From assembly GCA_963804995.1 (NCBI GenBank), contig CAWDSK010000003.1, forward strand, positions 192,001-256,000: a stretch of DNA of 64,000 bases. Direction: 5' to 3'. The stretch's first letter is position 1, and each line of letters begins with the position of its first letter. Positions 50,781-60,265 of the stretch are shown here, one piece after another. The DNA is from an uncultured Acidobacteriota bacterium. GTDB taxonomy: Bacteria > Acidobacteriota > Terriglobia > UBA7540. The position numbers were made by a program, and so were the translations under genes. The notes beneath the pieces are model-generated. The model was not told the DNA's origin, searched no databases, and saw only the letters and a list, made by a program, of their open reading frames with translations.

Positions 50781-51881
50781 TTACCCTCCAACTCTCGCGG
50801 AGACTTGCCCCTGGATGAATCGCTCCAATTGATTCGTGCTCCGCTCCCAAGTGAATTGCCGTATCCCCCGATTCCCTGCCTCGGCGAGCCTCACGCGCAA
50901 CGCATCGTCATCCAGGACGCGCATCAGGTTGCGGGCCAGCGCTTCCGGGTCGCGTGGCGGCGACAAGAGCGCCGTGACCTCGTGCTCCGCGAACTCACGA
51001 ATGCCGCCGCAGTCGGTGGAGACGACGGCGCACCCACAGGCCATCGCCTCGGCGGGTGGAAGGGAGAAACCCTCAGCCCAACTGGCACAAAGATAGATGC
51101 TGCTCCCATTGTAAATCCGGTTGACGAGTTCTTTTTGGGGAGGATCCCTGAAGTATTCAACCCACTCCGGGATGGATTCCGAGCGTTGCGGCGCGCCGAA
51201 GAGTGTAACACGGAGATCCGGGTGCTGTTTCTTGACGATGCCTAAAGCCTGCAAGCCGTCCGGGCCACCCTTCTCCTGCATCGAGTGAAATAGCATGGCG
51301 ACTCCCTTGGGGCGGGTGGCAATGGGATCGAGGAGCCGATACTTCTCATGGTCGATACCGTTGGGGATGTACTCCATGTCCTCACAACCCAACTCGCGTC
51401 CGGTCTCATACAGCCATTGCGCAATAACCACCTTATACATGGGCGCGCGCCAAGTCGCGTCCACTCGATCCTTGGGACCAGCCCATGTTTCATAACCCTG
51501 AATTAAGTAAAGTTTTACCCCCTTACATTCAGGGTATCCGAGAACATATTCCGCCGTCGGCCAGGCTGTCGCAAAAACCACTTCACCGTCCGGTATCTTG
51601 GAGGCCTCCAGATCCGCGACATACATCATTCGGACCCTTCTATCGACATATTGCCAGTGAAGGCTGGGTTGAGAGACCAAATCGCGGAGTTTCGCCCCTT
51701 TCCTCCGCAGCCTCCGGTACAGGTTCTCAGCCGGAGGTGGCGGCACATTGCCAAGCTGACGCGGATGCACAATCGCCACTTCATGTCCTTTGGCGACAAG
51801 CCCATTCGCATACTCGTATACGACCCGAAAACCCCCAATGGGCACCCAGGGGTAAAGGGGTAAGAGAAACGTGATTCTCAT
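50781..51881 (-). CDS. GT4 glycosyltransferase
   Basis: ATAWPT, IPNGID, EGFSLPPAEAMACG. Confidence 0.9.
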   Translation of the reverse strand: MRITFLLPLYPWVPIGGFRVVYEYANGLVAKGHEVAIVHPRQLGNVPPPPAENLYRRLRRKGAKLRDLVSQPSLHWQYVDRRVRMMYVADLEASKIPDGEVVFATAWPTAEYVLGYPECKGVKLYLIQGYETWAGPKDRVDATWRAPMYKVVIAQWLYETGRELGCEDMEYIPNGIDHEKYRLLDPIATRPKGVAMLFHSMQEKGGPDGLQALGIVKKQHPDLRVTLFGAPQRSESIPEWVEYFRDPPQKELVNRIYNGSSIYLCASWAEGFSLPPAEAMACGCAVVSTDCGGIREFAEHEVTALLSPPRDPEALARNLMRVLDDDALRVRLAEAGNRGIRQFTWERSTNQLERFIQGQVSARVGG

Positions 51882-52912
51882 TCCTGGCTTTTTCCTCGCG
51901 CCAATTGTCTCCGGGCGGCCGCCTGGGCCCGGCGCATCACACCCCGGGTCAGGCGGACGGGCACGAACCACAAAAGTTCCACGATCACGCGGGGAGAAGC
52001 GCAACATTTCAAGGCCTCCCTCGCTTGCCGGAACGCCGTCCTGAACTCCGCCTGGCCCAGCGCCGCGCAGGAGATGCGCAGGGCGCGGAGCGACACACCT
52101 TCTCTGGCCTTTCCGCTTATGAAGGCCGCCCGGTCAGGGGGCAGCAGCGGACGAACTATAGCGATGCAGCGCTGTTCATCGACGATGGTTTCAGCCGACC
52201 TTATCAAATTGGTTGTCCAGGAATTGTCATGAACCCCAAACCCCGCCAGGGTGGTTGGTTCGTACCAGATGGGGTAGTGGGCGGCAATCCTCATCCACAT
52301 TTCCCAATCCAACGCGAACGTGAGGTCCGTCCGGAACGCCCCCAGTTGCTCGTACACGCTCCGTCTGACCACCATGGCGGCACACGCAATTCTATGGGAG
52401 ACGCCGATTCGCTCAATGAAGCCAGGCAAGATACCCGCCGTCGGGCTCTCAATCTCAGAGGTGTAAAGCTGACGCTCGTTGTTGTCAATGCAGGCATATC
52501 GGCAAAACGCCGCCCCCACCTCGTCCCTTCCCTCCAGTGCCGCCTTGAGACTCGCGTAGAAACCCGGAAACACCACGTTGTCATCGTGCAGAATGTGTAC
52601 CCACTCGCCCCGCGAGCGCTCGATGCAGCTATTCCAGTTAGCCACCCCGCCCAGGTTGCGCGCTTGGCGAAAAAACTCAACGCGCCCGCCCCCCACCCGC
52701 CGCACCAGCGACTCCGGATCACCTAAGGTGGAAGCGTTGTCCAGCACTTCAATTTGCATCGTCGCAGCGCCCGGATCCTGCGCCAGCACACTCTTCAAGG
52801 TCCTTTCAAGATAGGCCAATCGATTGTAGGTGGGGATCATTACAGACCAAAACGGCCTCGGTCCCATTCTGGCCGGGGGAGCGATCTTTGGAGGGGGAGG
52901 ATATGCCAACAT
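51878..52912 (-). CDS. GT2 glycosyltransferase
   Basis: SVMIPTYNR, LDNAS, ILHDD, DWEMWMR; start MLAYPPPP inferred. Confidence 0.88.
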   Translation of the reverse strand: MLAYPPPPKIAPPARMGPRPFWSVMIPTYNRLAYLERTLKSVLAQDPGAATMQIEVLDNASTLGDPESLVRRVGGGRVEFFRQARNLGGVANWNSCIERSRGEWVHILHDDNVVFPGFYASLKAALEGRDEVGAAFCRYACIDNNERQLYTSEIESPTAGILPGFIERIGVSHRIACAAMVVRRSVYEQLGAFRTDLTFALDWEMWMRIAAHYPIWYEPTTLAGFGVHDNSWTTNLIRSAETIVDEQRCIAIVRPLLPPDRAAFISGKAREGVSLRALRISCAALGQAEFRTAFRQAREALKCCASPRVIVELLWFVPVRLTRGVMRRAQAAARRQLARGKSQE

Positions 52913-53042
52913 GAGACTCGATCCATCTAGATTGCTGTCTTGCTCTGGCGAAACAGCGACATTGGGCGGCTTGGGTCTTCTGCCACGGTCCGTGCGACCT
53001 TCCCATCGGATTGAAGCCAATGGGCGCCGGCTTTGCGGCCAC

Positions 53043-53996
53043 TCACAGGTTGGGGCCGGCCGAACCTGTGCGTTCCTTCCACCACTGTACGGTATGCTGA
53101 AGCCCTTCCTCAAGACTGGACGACGGACGCCAACCAATCTCATTCCGCAAGCGGCGGATATCCGCCAACACGAAAGGCGGATCGACTGGATTGGTTTTAA
53201 TAGCACCGAACGCAAGGAGGTCGGTGCGACCCAAGGCTTCGCCGAGGAGTTGAACAATGGCCCGGACGGTGACCGGTTCGCCTGACCCAACATTCACAGT
53301 CCCTTCGAATTTGCTCTGGGCCACGGCGGCGATGGCGGATGCCACATCCTCGACGCACAGGTAGTCCCTTACTTGAAACCCTTCCGTACACTTCGCCGCG
53401 GTTCCCCTCATCAAGGCCAGGACCACGGAAGGCACTAGACGTGATTCCTGCTCACCCGGCCCGTATACATAAAAGACCCGCGTCCAGGCAAAACTCACAG
53501 AAGCCCCGCTGCAGAATAATTCCAGAACCGACCGCGTGGCGTCCTTGGAGGCAGCATAAAGAGTCCGTGGCTTCAAGGGAGTCAAACTCTCTGACAAGTA
53601 GCCGTAGTCATAATCGTACTCAAAACATGACCCGATCCCCACCAAGCGCCGGCAACCACTGCTCGCCAGGATCTGGGCGAGCGAAAGACTCATCGCCACA
53701 CAATCCAGGTTCTCTGGTGCAGTCCAATACCGACCCGGCACCGCGTACCATGCCGAATGAATGGCACAGTCCGGCCTCGCCTCAAGCACGATCTGCCGAA
53801 CCGCTGCGCTGTCCGATAGGTCTGCCCGCCTGACTTCCAGTCCGTCAATGCAATCGGACAGACGCTCGAGTGGCGACCCTGGCCGCGCTATGATGAAAAC
53901 CGAATGACCCTGCTGCACCAACAACCGCGCAATATGAGCGCCGATAAAGCCGCCTGCGCCAGTCACAAGAACTCGTACCTTTTCAACCCCCATCAC
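53043..53996 (-). CDS. NAD-dependent epimerase/4-keto-sugar reductase (extended SDR)
   Basis: TGAGGFIG, GSCFEY, YAASK, VRDY. Confidence 0.85.
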   Translation of the reverse strand: MMGVEKVRVLVTGAGGFIGAHIARLLVQQGHSVFIIARPGSPLERLSDCIDGLEVRRADLSDSAAVRQIVLEARPDCAIHSAWYAVPGRYWTAPENLDCVAMSLSLAQILASSGCRRLVGIGSCFEYDYDYGYLSESLTPLKPRTLYAASKDATRSVLELFCSGASVSFAWTRVFYVYGPGEQESRLVPSVVLALMRGTAAKCTEGFQVRDYLCVEDVASAIAAVAQSKFEGTVNVGSGEPVTVRAIVQLLGEALGRTDLLAFGAIKTNPVDPPFVLADIRRLRNEIGWRPSSSLEEGLQHTVQWWKERTGSAGPNL

Positions 53997-54021
53997 AGCA
54001 CCACCTGAAGGCCTTTCCTAC

Positions 54022-54582
54022 CTAAACAAATGGCGTAACAAAGTCGCGCAACAGAGGCAACTTTAAATCTTTCGGGGAAAGCAAAGGGTTCTCGGCTGGC
54101 CAAGTGATCGCCAAGTCAGGGTCGTTCCACCGGATGCCCCCTTCGGCCTCTGGCGCGTAACGAGAATCAACCTTGTAGAGCACTACCGACTCGTCGGTCA
54201 AAGTGCAATAGCCGTGCGCAAACCCCTTGGGAATGTATACGTAGTTCATGTGGGTGGCATTCAGTTCTAGGCTGTCCCACTGTCCGTACGTAGGAGAGGC
54301 CTCCCTGAGATCGACAAAAACGTCAAGCACGGCGCCCACCACGGCACGCACCAATTTGGTCTCTGCATGTGGAGGCCTTTGGAAGTGCAAGCCCCGAATC
54401 ACGCCGCGCCGGATGGAGGAAGACTGGTTTTCCTGAACCCACGCGGTAGTAAGACGGTGCTCCCGGAGAATCGCTTCATCGTAGGCCCGCATGAAGTAGC
54501 CCCGATCATCACGCACAGGTTTCAATTGAATCTCGTATGTCCCCTCAAGCCTCAGAGGTCGGATGTTCATTCCATTCTCCAC
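54022..54582 (-). CDS. rfbC: NDP-4-keto-sugar 3,5-epimerase (RmlC/RfbC family)
   Basis: DDRGYF, RGLHFQ, IPKGFAHG, GIRWNDP. Confidence 0.92.
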   Translation of the reverse strand: MENGMNIRPLRLEGTYEIQLKPVRDDRGYFMRAYDEAILREHRLTTAWVQENQSSSIRRGVIRGLHFQRPPHAETKLVRAVVGAVLDVFVDLREASPTYGQWDSLELNATHMNYVYIPKGFAHGYCTLTDESVVLYKVDSRYAPEAEGGIRWNDPDLAITWPAENPLLSPKDLKLPLLRDFVTPFV

Positions 54583-54701
54583 ATCGTATTTCGCTACCCG
54601 AGCCTACCCCTCTGGATGGGAATCCATCGGGCCCATGTGTGGCGTTATGGTTGAGATTCGTGGGTCACGAAGTCATAGTAATTGACTCTCGGGTTACCGA
54701 A

Positions 54702-56084
54702 CTACGCCGCTTCCCCGGATTCCCGATACCCGACACCGATGTATTGCAAACCCGACTGAAGCACAGCCTGCCTCTCGTAGAGCCTCCTTCCGTCCACTAC
54801 GAAAGCCTTCTTCTTCATCAAACTCGACAACCTCCGGAAGTCCACATTCTTGAATTGTGGCCACGCCGTTACCACGACCAGCGCATGGGCTCCCGTCACA
54901 GCCTTGAAGGGAGTCTCCGGGTAGGTCACGGAACAGTCTTTGAAGAGCGTCTTCCTGGCGTGTTCAAGGCCAATGGGATCGTAGACAGAGACCTTAGCCC
55001 CAGCCTTCAGAAGAAAATCGACAATGGGCTTGGCGGGTGTATCCCTCACATCGTCCGTGTCGGGTTTAAAGGCAATCCCCCAAACTGCCACCCGCTTATT
55101 CTTGAGCCCTCCCAACTGGTGGTTAAGCCTTTCCATAAGCCTCACAGGCTGCCGGTGATTGATGCCGATAACATCTCTCAATAGACGGGGTTGGTAACCA
55201 AGTTTCTCGGCAATGGCACAGAGCGCCGGGACATCCTTGGGGAGGCAGCTCCCCCCGTAACCACAGCCAGCTTTTAAGTAGGCCAGTATGCCCGGCGTAA
55301 GGCGCCCGCCATTGGATTTGCCCGACCAGGGCGTCAGACGAGCATCCAGGTGGAGTCCGCGCATAACGTCCAAAACGTCGATACCTCCAATGGTCTCAGC
55401 GATGGAAGCAATCTCATTCGAATAGCTGATCAAGGACGCCAGAAGTGAGTTGGAGGTGTACTTGATCATTTCCGCCGTTCGGAGGTTGGTGTGCACAATC
55501 GGACAGCGAAAGGGAGAGTACACCCTCTTGAAGACGCGGAAAGAGCGCTCGTCATCGCTGCCGATGACAATCCGGTCGGGACGAAGGAAATCTTTGATCG
55601 CGTCGCCCTCCCGCAAGAACTCGGGATTGGTGCACAACCCAAACTCGCCCGGAGCCTTCCGCGAGGTCCGGAGGAGGATCGGCTTGACGACCGTGTCGGA
55701 GGTGGAGGGAATCACGGTGGATTTCACGGCGACGACGTGATACCCGCCCTTTTTTCTCAGCACTTGCCCGATCTGCCGGGCCGCGGCTCGCACAAAACGC
55801 AGGTCAATCTTACCGTTCTTCGAAGGCGTGGGCACCGCAATCAGAGTGATCTCGGTATCCTCAACCGCTCGCGCCAAGTCGAGGGTAGCGGTAAATCGCT
55901 TTCTTTTCAGATTGCGTTCCAGCAACTCATCGAGGCCGGGTTCGTAAATCGGAGATTTACCTTTCAGGATGCTCTGAACTTTTTCCGGAATTTGATCCAC
56001 ACACACTACGTGGTGACCCACCTCGGAGAGGCAAACCCCGGAAACCAATCCCACGTACCCCGCGCCTATGATCGAAATCCTCAT
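54702..56084 (-). CDS. ugd: nucleotide-sugar 6-dehydrogenase (UDP-glucose dehydrogenase family)
   Basis: GAGYVG, VPTP, KSTV, NPEFLREG, GYGGSCLPKD, FKPDTDDVR. Confidence 0.92.
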   Translation of the reverse strand: MRISIIGAGYVGLVSGVCLSEVGHHVVCVDQIPEKVQSILKGKSPIYEPGLDELLERNLKRKRFTATLDLARAVEDTEITLIAVPTPSKNGKIDLRFVRAAARQIGQVLRKKGGYHVVAVKSTVIPSTSDTVVKPILLRTSRKAPGEFGLCTNPEFLREGDAIKDFLRPDRIVIGSDDERSFRVFKRVYSPFRCPIVHTNLRTAEMIKYTSNSLLASLISYSNEIASIAETIGGIDVLDVMRGLHLDARLTPWSGKSNGGRLTPGILAYLKAGCGYGGSCLPKDVPALCAIAEKLGYQPRLLRDVIGINHRQPVRLMERLNHQLGGLKNKRVAVWGIAFKPDTDDVRDTPAKPIVDFLLKAGAKVSVYDPIGLEHARKTLFKDCSVTYPETPFKAVTGAHALVVVTAWPQFKNVDFRRLSSLMKKKAFVVDGRRLYERQAVLQSGLQYIGVGYRESGEAA

Positions 56085-56096
56085 CCCCTCATCCTT

Positions 56097-57215
56097 CTAA
56101 CGTTCGTCGATTCTCGGATTGTCCCGGTACCACAGCGCCGTCCTTCGCAACCCTTCAGGGAGCGCGGTGCTGGGATTGAAATTCAAAAGGCTCCGAGCCT
56201 TGGAGATATCCGGACATCTCCGTAAGGGATTATCTGACAAGTAGGCGGAGTCTTCGCTTCTCTCGAACCGTAGCCCTACGTGCACGCCAAGTGCCTCCGC
56301 CGAGACCTTGATGACCGCCTCCGCCAACTCCCGCATGGATATTTCGGGCCGCTCCACCCCAATGTTGAACGCTTCTCCGCTCGGCCCTGACAGCAGGGCC
56401 TTAAAATACCCGGCTACGGCATCCGCAATATAGCAGAATGTCCTGGTCGGCTTCCCGTCAGACAGCATGACGATGTCCCGCTTTCCCAGGACCTCACTAA
56501 AAAAGTCGGGTATGACTCTCCTGTCCCCCAGTTTAAGCCCCGGGCCGTAATTGTTGAATGGCCGCACCATGCGAATGGGTAGTCCATGGACACGATGAAA
56601 GTTAACGCACAGAGTCTCGCCAAATCTCTTGGATTCGTCGTAGCAGGCCCGGGGCCCCGTGAAGGAAACATTGCCGGGATAGGTCTCCGGCGTTGGGATA
56701 TTTTCGGGTGTGGGGTTTCCATAAACTTCGCTGGAGGAGAAGAACAGAAAACCTTGGAGTGATTCCCGGTGCTTCAGAGAAAAATCCAGCAAGTCGCGCA
56801 GACCTCTAACATTTGCGTCCATGGTCTCTATGGGATGCCTGCGGTAATACGTAGGAGAAGCAATAGAGGCAGCGTGGAGAATGTAGTCAACCTTGAGAGC
56901 GTTTAGGGTCTCGGGCAACCCTTGCGATATGTCGTGATCGACGATCGTGACCGAAGGGGCTTTCACAATTTCATCCACCCAGTGTGCCCTGCCGCGTACG
57001 AAATTGTCCACGCCGATGAACCTGCAAGGATCAGCCTGGAGAACTGTGTGATTGGCCAAGTGAATCAAGCTGCTGATATAAGTCCCTACAAAACCGGAAA
57101 ACCCAGTCATTAGTAAGGTCTGACCACGCAGCTTGTCGATATCAGAGGAGAGTTCCGCAACGATCCTCTCGCAATCTTCTTGTATGATGAAATGCATGCT
57201 TGCTCCAGTAGGCAA
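56097..57215 (-). CDS. NDP-glucuronate decarboxylase-like SDR (Uxs family)
   Basis: AASIASP, SSSEVYG, GPRACYDESKR, TRTFCY, RRCPDI. Confidence 0.82.
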   Translation of the reverse strand: MPTGASMHFIIQEDCERIVAELSSDIDKLRGQTLLMTGFSGFVGTYISSLIHLANHTVLQADPCRFIGVDNFVRGRAHWVDEIVKAPSVTIVDHDISQGLPETLNALKVDYILHAASIASPTYYRRHPIETMDANVRGLRDLLDFSLKHRESLQGFLFFSSSEVYGNPTPENIPTPETYPGNVSFTGPRACYDESKRFGETLCVNFHRVHGLPIRMVRPFNNYGPGLKLGDRRVIPDFFSEVLGKRDIVMLSDGKPTRTFCYIADAVAGYFKALLSGPSGEAFNIGVERPEISMRELAEAVIKVSAEALGVHVGLRFERSEDSAYLSDNPLRRCPDISKARSLLNFNPSTALPEGLRRTALWYRDNPRIDER

Positions 57216-57230
57216 GGAAACTGAGGAGGT

Positions 57231-58031
57231 TTAATCCTTCCATACCTTCCAGGGGTAGTCCTTCTTCCACGCCTCATTCAACGCCACAAAGTCACGGTAG
57301 GTGTCCATGGAGTGCCAAAACCCGGTGTGAAGATAACTCATCAATTCCCCCTCGCGTGACAAGCGCTCCAAAGGTGTACGTTCCAGAACGCAATCATCAG
57401 CGTCGCTGAGGTAGTCAAAAACGCGGCGGTTAAAGACAAAAAAGCCGCCACTGACGTAGCCTTCTTGCGCCGGGGGCTTCTCACTGAATTTCTTGACCTG
57501 TCCATCCTCGACGAGAAGCTCTCCGTAACGGGAGACAGGTTGCACTCCCGTGACGGTCGCTATCCTCCCGTGTTGAGCGTGGAAATCCCAGAGTTTCTCA
57601 AGCTGAATGTCGGCGACACCGTCACCATAGGTGAGCATGAAGCTGTCTCCCCGAATGAAGGGCTCGATCCGCTTGACGCGTGCCCCGGTCATCGCTTCGG
57701 CGCCGGTATCGACAAAAGTGATGGACCAGGGCTCATGCCGGTTAACGGTGTGAAATTCCGGATTTTCGGGCGCATCCAGCCGCAGGGTAAAATCACTGTT
57801 CATGATCCGGTAGTTGAGAAAATACTCTTTAATCATCTGCCCCTTGTACCCGAGGCAGAGCACGAAATCATAGAAGCCATAGTGGGAGTAAATCTTCATG
57901 ATGTGCCAGAGGATCGGCTTGCCACCGATCTCCACCAGCGGTTTGGGGCGAAACTCAGTTTCCTCCCGGAGCCGGGTTCCCATTCCCCCGCATAAAATCA
58001 CGACTTGGCTCTTCATGGGGTTTGTGTTCAT
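57231..58031 (-). CDS. rfbF: glucose-1-phosphate cytidylyltransferase
   Basis: LCGGMGTRLREET..PKPLVEIG, LTYGDG, GFWHSMDT. Confidence 0.92.
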   Translation of the reverse strand: MNTNPMKSQVVILCGGMGTRLREETEFRPKPLVEIGGKPILWHIMKIYSHYGFYDFVLCLGYKGQMIKEYFLNYRIMNSDFTLRLDAPENPEFHTVNRHEPWSITFVDTGAEAMTGARVKRIEPFIRGDSFMLTYGDGVADIQLEKLWDFHAQHGRIATVTGVQPVSRYGELLVEDGQVKKFSEKPPAQEGYVSGGFFVFNRRVFDYLSDADDCVLERTPLERLSREGELMSYLHTGFWHSMDTYRDFVALNEAWKKDYPWKVWKD

Positions 58032-58076
58032 GTCCGAATGCCCTTAGACGCCGCCTCCGTTTCCATCCGGGATTTC

Positions 58077-58166
58077 GGTAGTGTCCTAGTCTGAATGTAG
58101 CGCCGGCTTCCAGCCGGCATCGAGCCCCGATGAATCGGGGCGCTACGTTCAAACTAGGAAACTACC
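58077..58166. mobile_element. MITE with GGTAGTG-type TIRs and 8-bp TSD carrying a GTAG REP doublet
   Basis: GGTAGTGTCCTAGTCTGAA...TTCAAACTAGGAAACTACC; flanks GGGATTTC / GGGATTTT. Confidence 0.78.
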
Positions 58167-59676
58167 GGGATTTTTCCATCTGGTGTAAAACCCGGTAAGT
58201 ATAAACAGCCACAGCCACCGTCCCTAGCGCGGTAGTGAGAGCCGTCACCCATACTACTCCCGCCACGCCAAACGCCTTCGCACAGAACACCTTGGCAGGC
58301 AAATTAACCACTGCCGTGACCACATAAACAACCACCTGGAATTTCAACATATTCGCGCCGGTGAGGAAAATATCCAGGGCAGCGCCGATGAGATTCACCA
58401 GCACCCAAACCCCCGCCCCCCCCAATAACAGGTAAGACGGTTGTATTTGCGGCCCCACCCAAACATGCACAATGAACTTTCCGAACACGGCCAAGCCCAA
58501 AGCGACCGGACCGAAGGCCAGCAGGGAGAGGACGACGGAGCGGATGACCGTCTTCTTCACCCATTTCACGTCCCCGCGCGCCACGGCCTCACCGTAAGCG
58601 GGCCAGAGCGGCATCACAAACATTTGGGCTATCGTGAAAACCATGAGGAACATTCGCATGGGGACCGCGTATTGCGTGACGGCCTCCGGTCCCAGGATCT
58701 GCGTGATGATGATATTGTCGGCCGTGAAGACGAAGACCCCGCTCGCCTGGATTATCAAAAACATGACGCCGGTGCCCATCACCTTCCGGGCGGCGGCAGA
58801 ATCCCAATACGCCAACCTCGGCAGGAGCCACGGCCGCTTCCAGCCAAACTCGTGAGTCCAATTGCCCAGGACTCCAAGGATGGGTCCGCCGGACAAAGCC
58901 AGCACCAGCCAGGGCAGTCCAACCTTAAGGTGCATAGCCACCAGCAATAACATGAACCCCGTGAGGTTCCCGGCAACATTCCAGAGATTGGTCTCAAACC
59001 CCTCCTGATGGCCCGTCTGCAGACGTTGGACGACACCCAGCGGCATGTTCAGTACAAAGCAACTGAGAAACACCAATACCGCCGGCCCGGCTTCCCGCAC
59101 GGCGGTGGCGGAAGATACGTTGAAGAGGCGAGGCCAGGGAACAATGGGATAAGCGAGTGCGGATAATCCCAGCAAAAGCCCGGCGATTCCGGCCAGGATA
59201 AAAAACGCGCTGGACACATACCGGTGTAACGATTCCCGGTCCTCTTTTCCATGCGCCTCGGAAATACAATTCAAGAGCCCACTGCCGATTCCCAAATCCG
59301 CAAACGACATCATGGCCACCACGGAGGTGATGGTCATCCACAAACCATACCGCTCTGTTCCGAGATATCGAACCGTCAGGCGGACGGTAATGAGCCCGGT
59401 GAGGACCGTCACGGCTCGCGCCGTCACGGAAGTGAAAGTGGTTAGCGCCGCGCGTCGATAACGTTCCCGGGACCGGCCTTCCTCCGTCGAGGTATCGAAC
59501 GGCTTCAAGCGCAGCAGGTCCTTCATGGCGCGCGTGCGGTCCAGGATTCCCCGCACACGGAAGAGGCTCGCAAAGTCCGCCGCAGCCGGCTCTTCCGAGG
59601 GCAACTTGCCCAAGGAGGCAACGAGGGGCGGCTCAGGTGCGGGAGGCGGATTTTTCACAATTGAATCAGTTGACAT
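58162..59676 (-). CDS. wzx: Wzx-type polysaccharide flippase
   Basis: Multi-TM; YLGTERYGLW, ADLGIG, ILGPEAV, PLWPAY. Confidence 0.85.
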   Translation of the reverse strand: MSTDSIVKNPPPAPEPPLVASLGKLPSEEPAAADFASLFRVRGILDRTRAMKDLLRLKPFDTSTEEGRSRERYRRAALTTFTSVTARAVTVLTGLITVRLTVRYLGTERYGLWMTITSVVAMMSFADLGIGSGLLNCISEAHGKEDRESLHRYVSSAFFILAGIAGLLLGLSALAYPIVPWPRLFNVSSATAVREAGPAVLVFLSCFVLNMPLGVVQRLQTGHQEGFETNLWNVAGNLTGFMLLLVAMHLKVGLPWLVLALSGGPILGVLGNWTHEFGWKRPWLLPRLAYWDSAAARKVMGTGVMFLIIQASGVFVFTADNIIITQILGPEAVTQYAVPMRMFLMVFTIAQMFVMPLWPAYGEAVARGDVKWVKKTVIRSVVLSLLAFGPVALGLAVFGKFIVHVWVGPQIQPSYLLLGGAGVWVLVNLIGAALDIFLTGANMLKFQVVVYVVTAVVNLPAKVFCAKAFGVAGVVWVTALTTALGTVAVAVYTYRVLHQMEKSR

Positions 59677-59718
59677 TACACGCGATGCCGATTTAAGAGG
59701 CTTGAATTTGTACGGTGC

Positions 59719-59795
59719 GACGTAGCGGCGGGTTTACCCCGCCATATCGCCAACGATTTCACCTGCGGATGGCGGGATAAACCCGCCGCTACGTC
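59719..59795. repeat. GTAG REP doublet (GTAGCGGCGGG...CCCGCCGCTAC)
   Basis: Long inverted ends; related to the cores at 43701 and 26806. Confidence 0.75.
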
Positions 59796-59870
59796 GTTCT
59801 TCATCAGCATGCTAAACCAACCATCAATAAGTTACGTCGTGGAAAAGGCCGGAAAAACGAGTATTCACCA

Positions 59871-60094
59871 AGACTCCCTAGCCCCTTTGTATTCAACAGC
59901 GTGAGCGCTTTGAGGCGCGGCCCGCATGGAAGCCTGATTAACATCCAAATACATCTGATTGATAGAATTCCACCCCCTACAGACTCCCCACCCCTTTTGA
60001 ATTCAACAGCGTGAGGCACATTGAGGCGCCCCCTGCAGGGGAGCCTGCCAAGCTGATTAACACTTAAGTATATCTGATTGAGAACATTCCGCCC
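59871..60094. repeat. imperfect ~110-bp tandem duplication upstream of the polysaccharide operon
   Basis: ATTCAACAGCGTGAG at 59891 and 60001; paired CTGATT boxes in each copy. Confidence 0.75.
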
Positions 60095-60145
60095 ATTAGA
60101 TTTCTCTTATTGCTGGCGGCGCGTTTTGAGGTGCCACGGGCGTCC

Positions 60146-60265
60146 GAAGCTGTGAAAAAATCCCATCAAACCTTTCACCGCGGAGACGCGGAGGCACAGA
60201 GGTTTGAAAACAAAGGGTCATTTCTCTGCGTCTCAGCGGTGAAAATGGTATTTTTTCACACCTTC
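60146..60265. mobile_element. MITE (GAAGSTGTGAAAAAA TIRs, TCC duplication) inserted in the loop of a palindrome
   Basis: 19/21 inverted match; the empty site restores CACGGGCG-TCC-CGCCCGTG. Confidence 0.75.

Noticed and set aside
49683..51245. Long antisense ORFs (520 aa here; also 20979, 14321, 39692)
   Set aside because: Shadow ORFs opposite well-supported genes, expected in GC-rich DNA.
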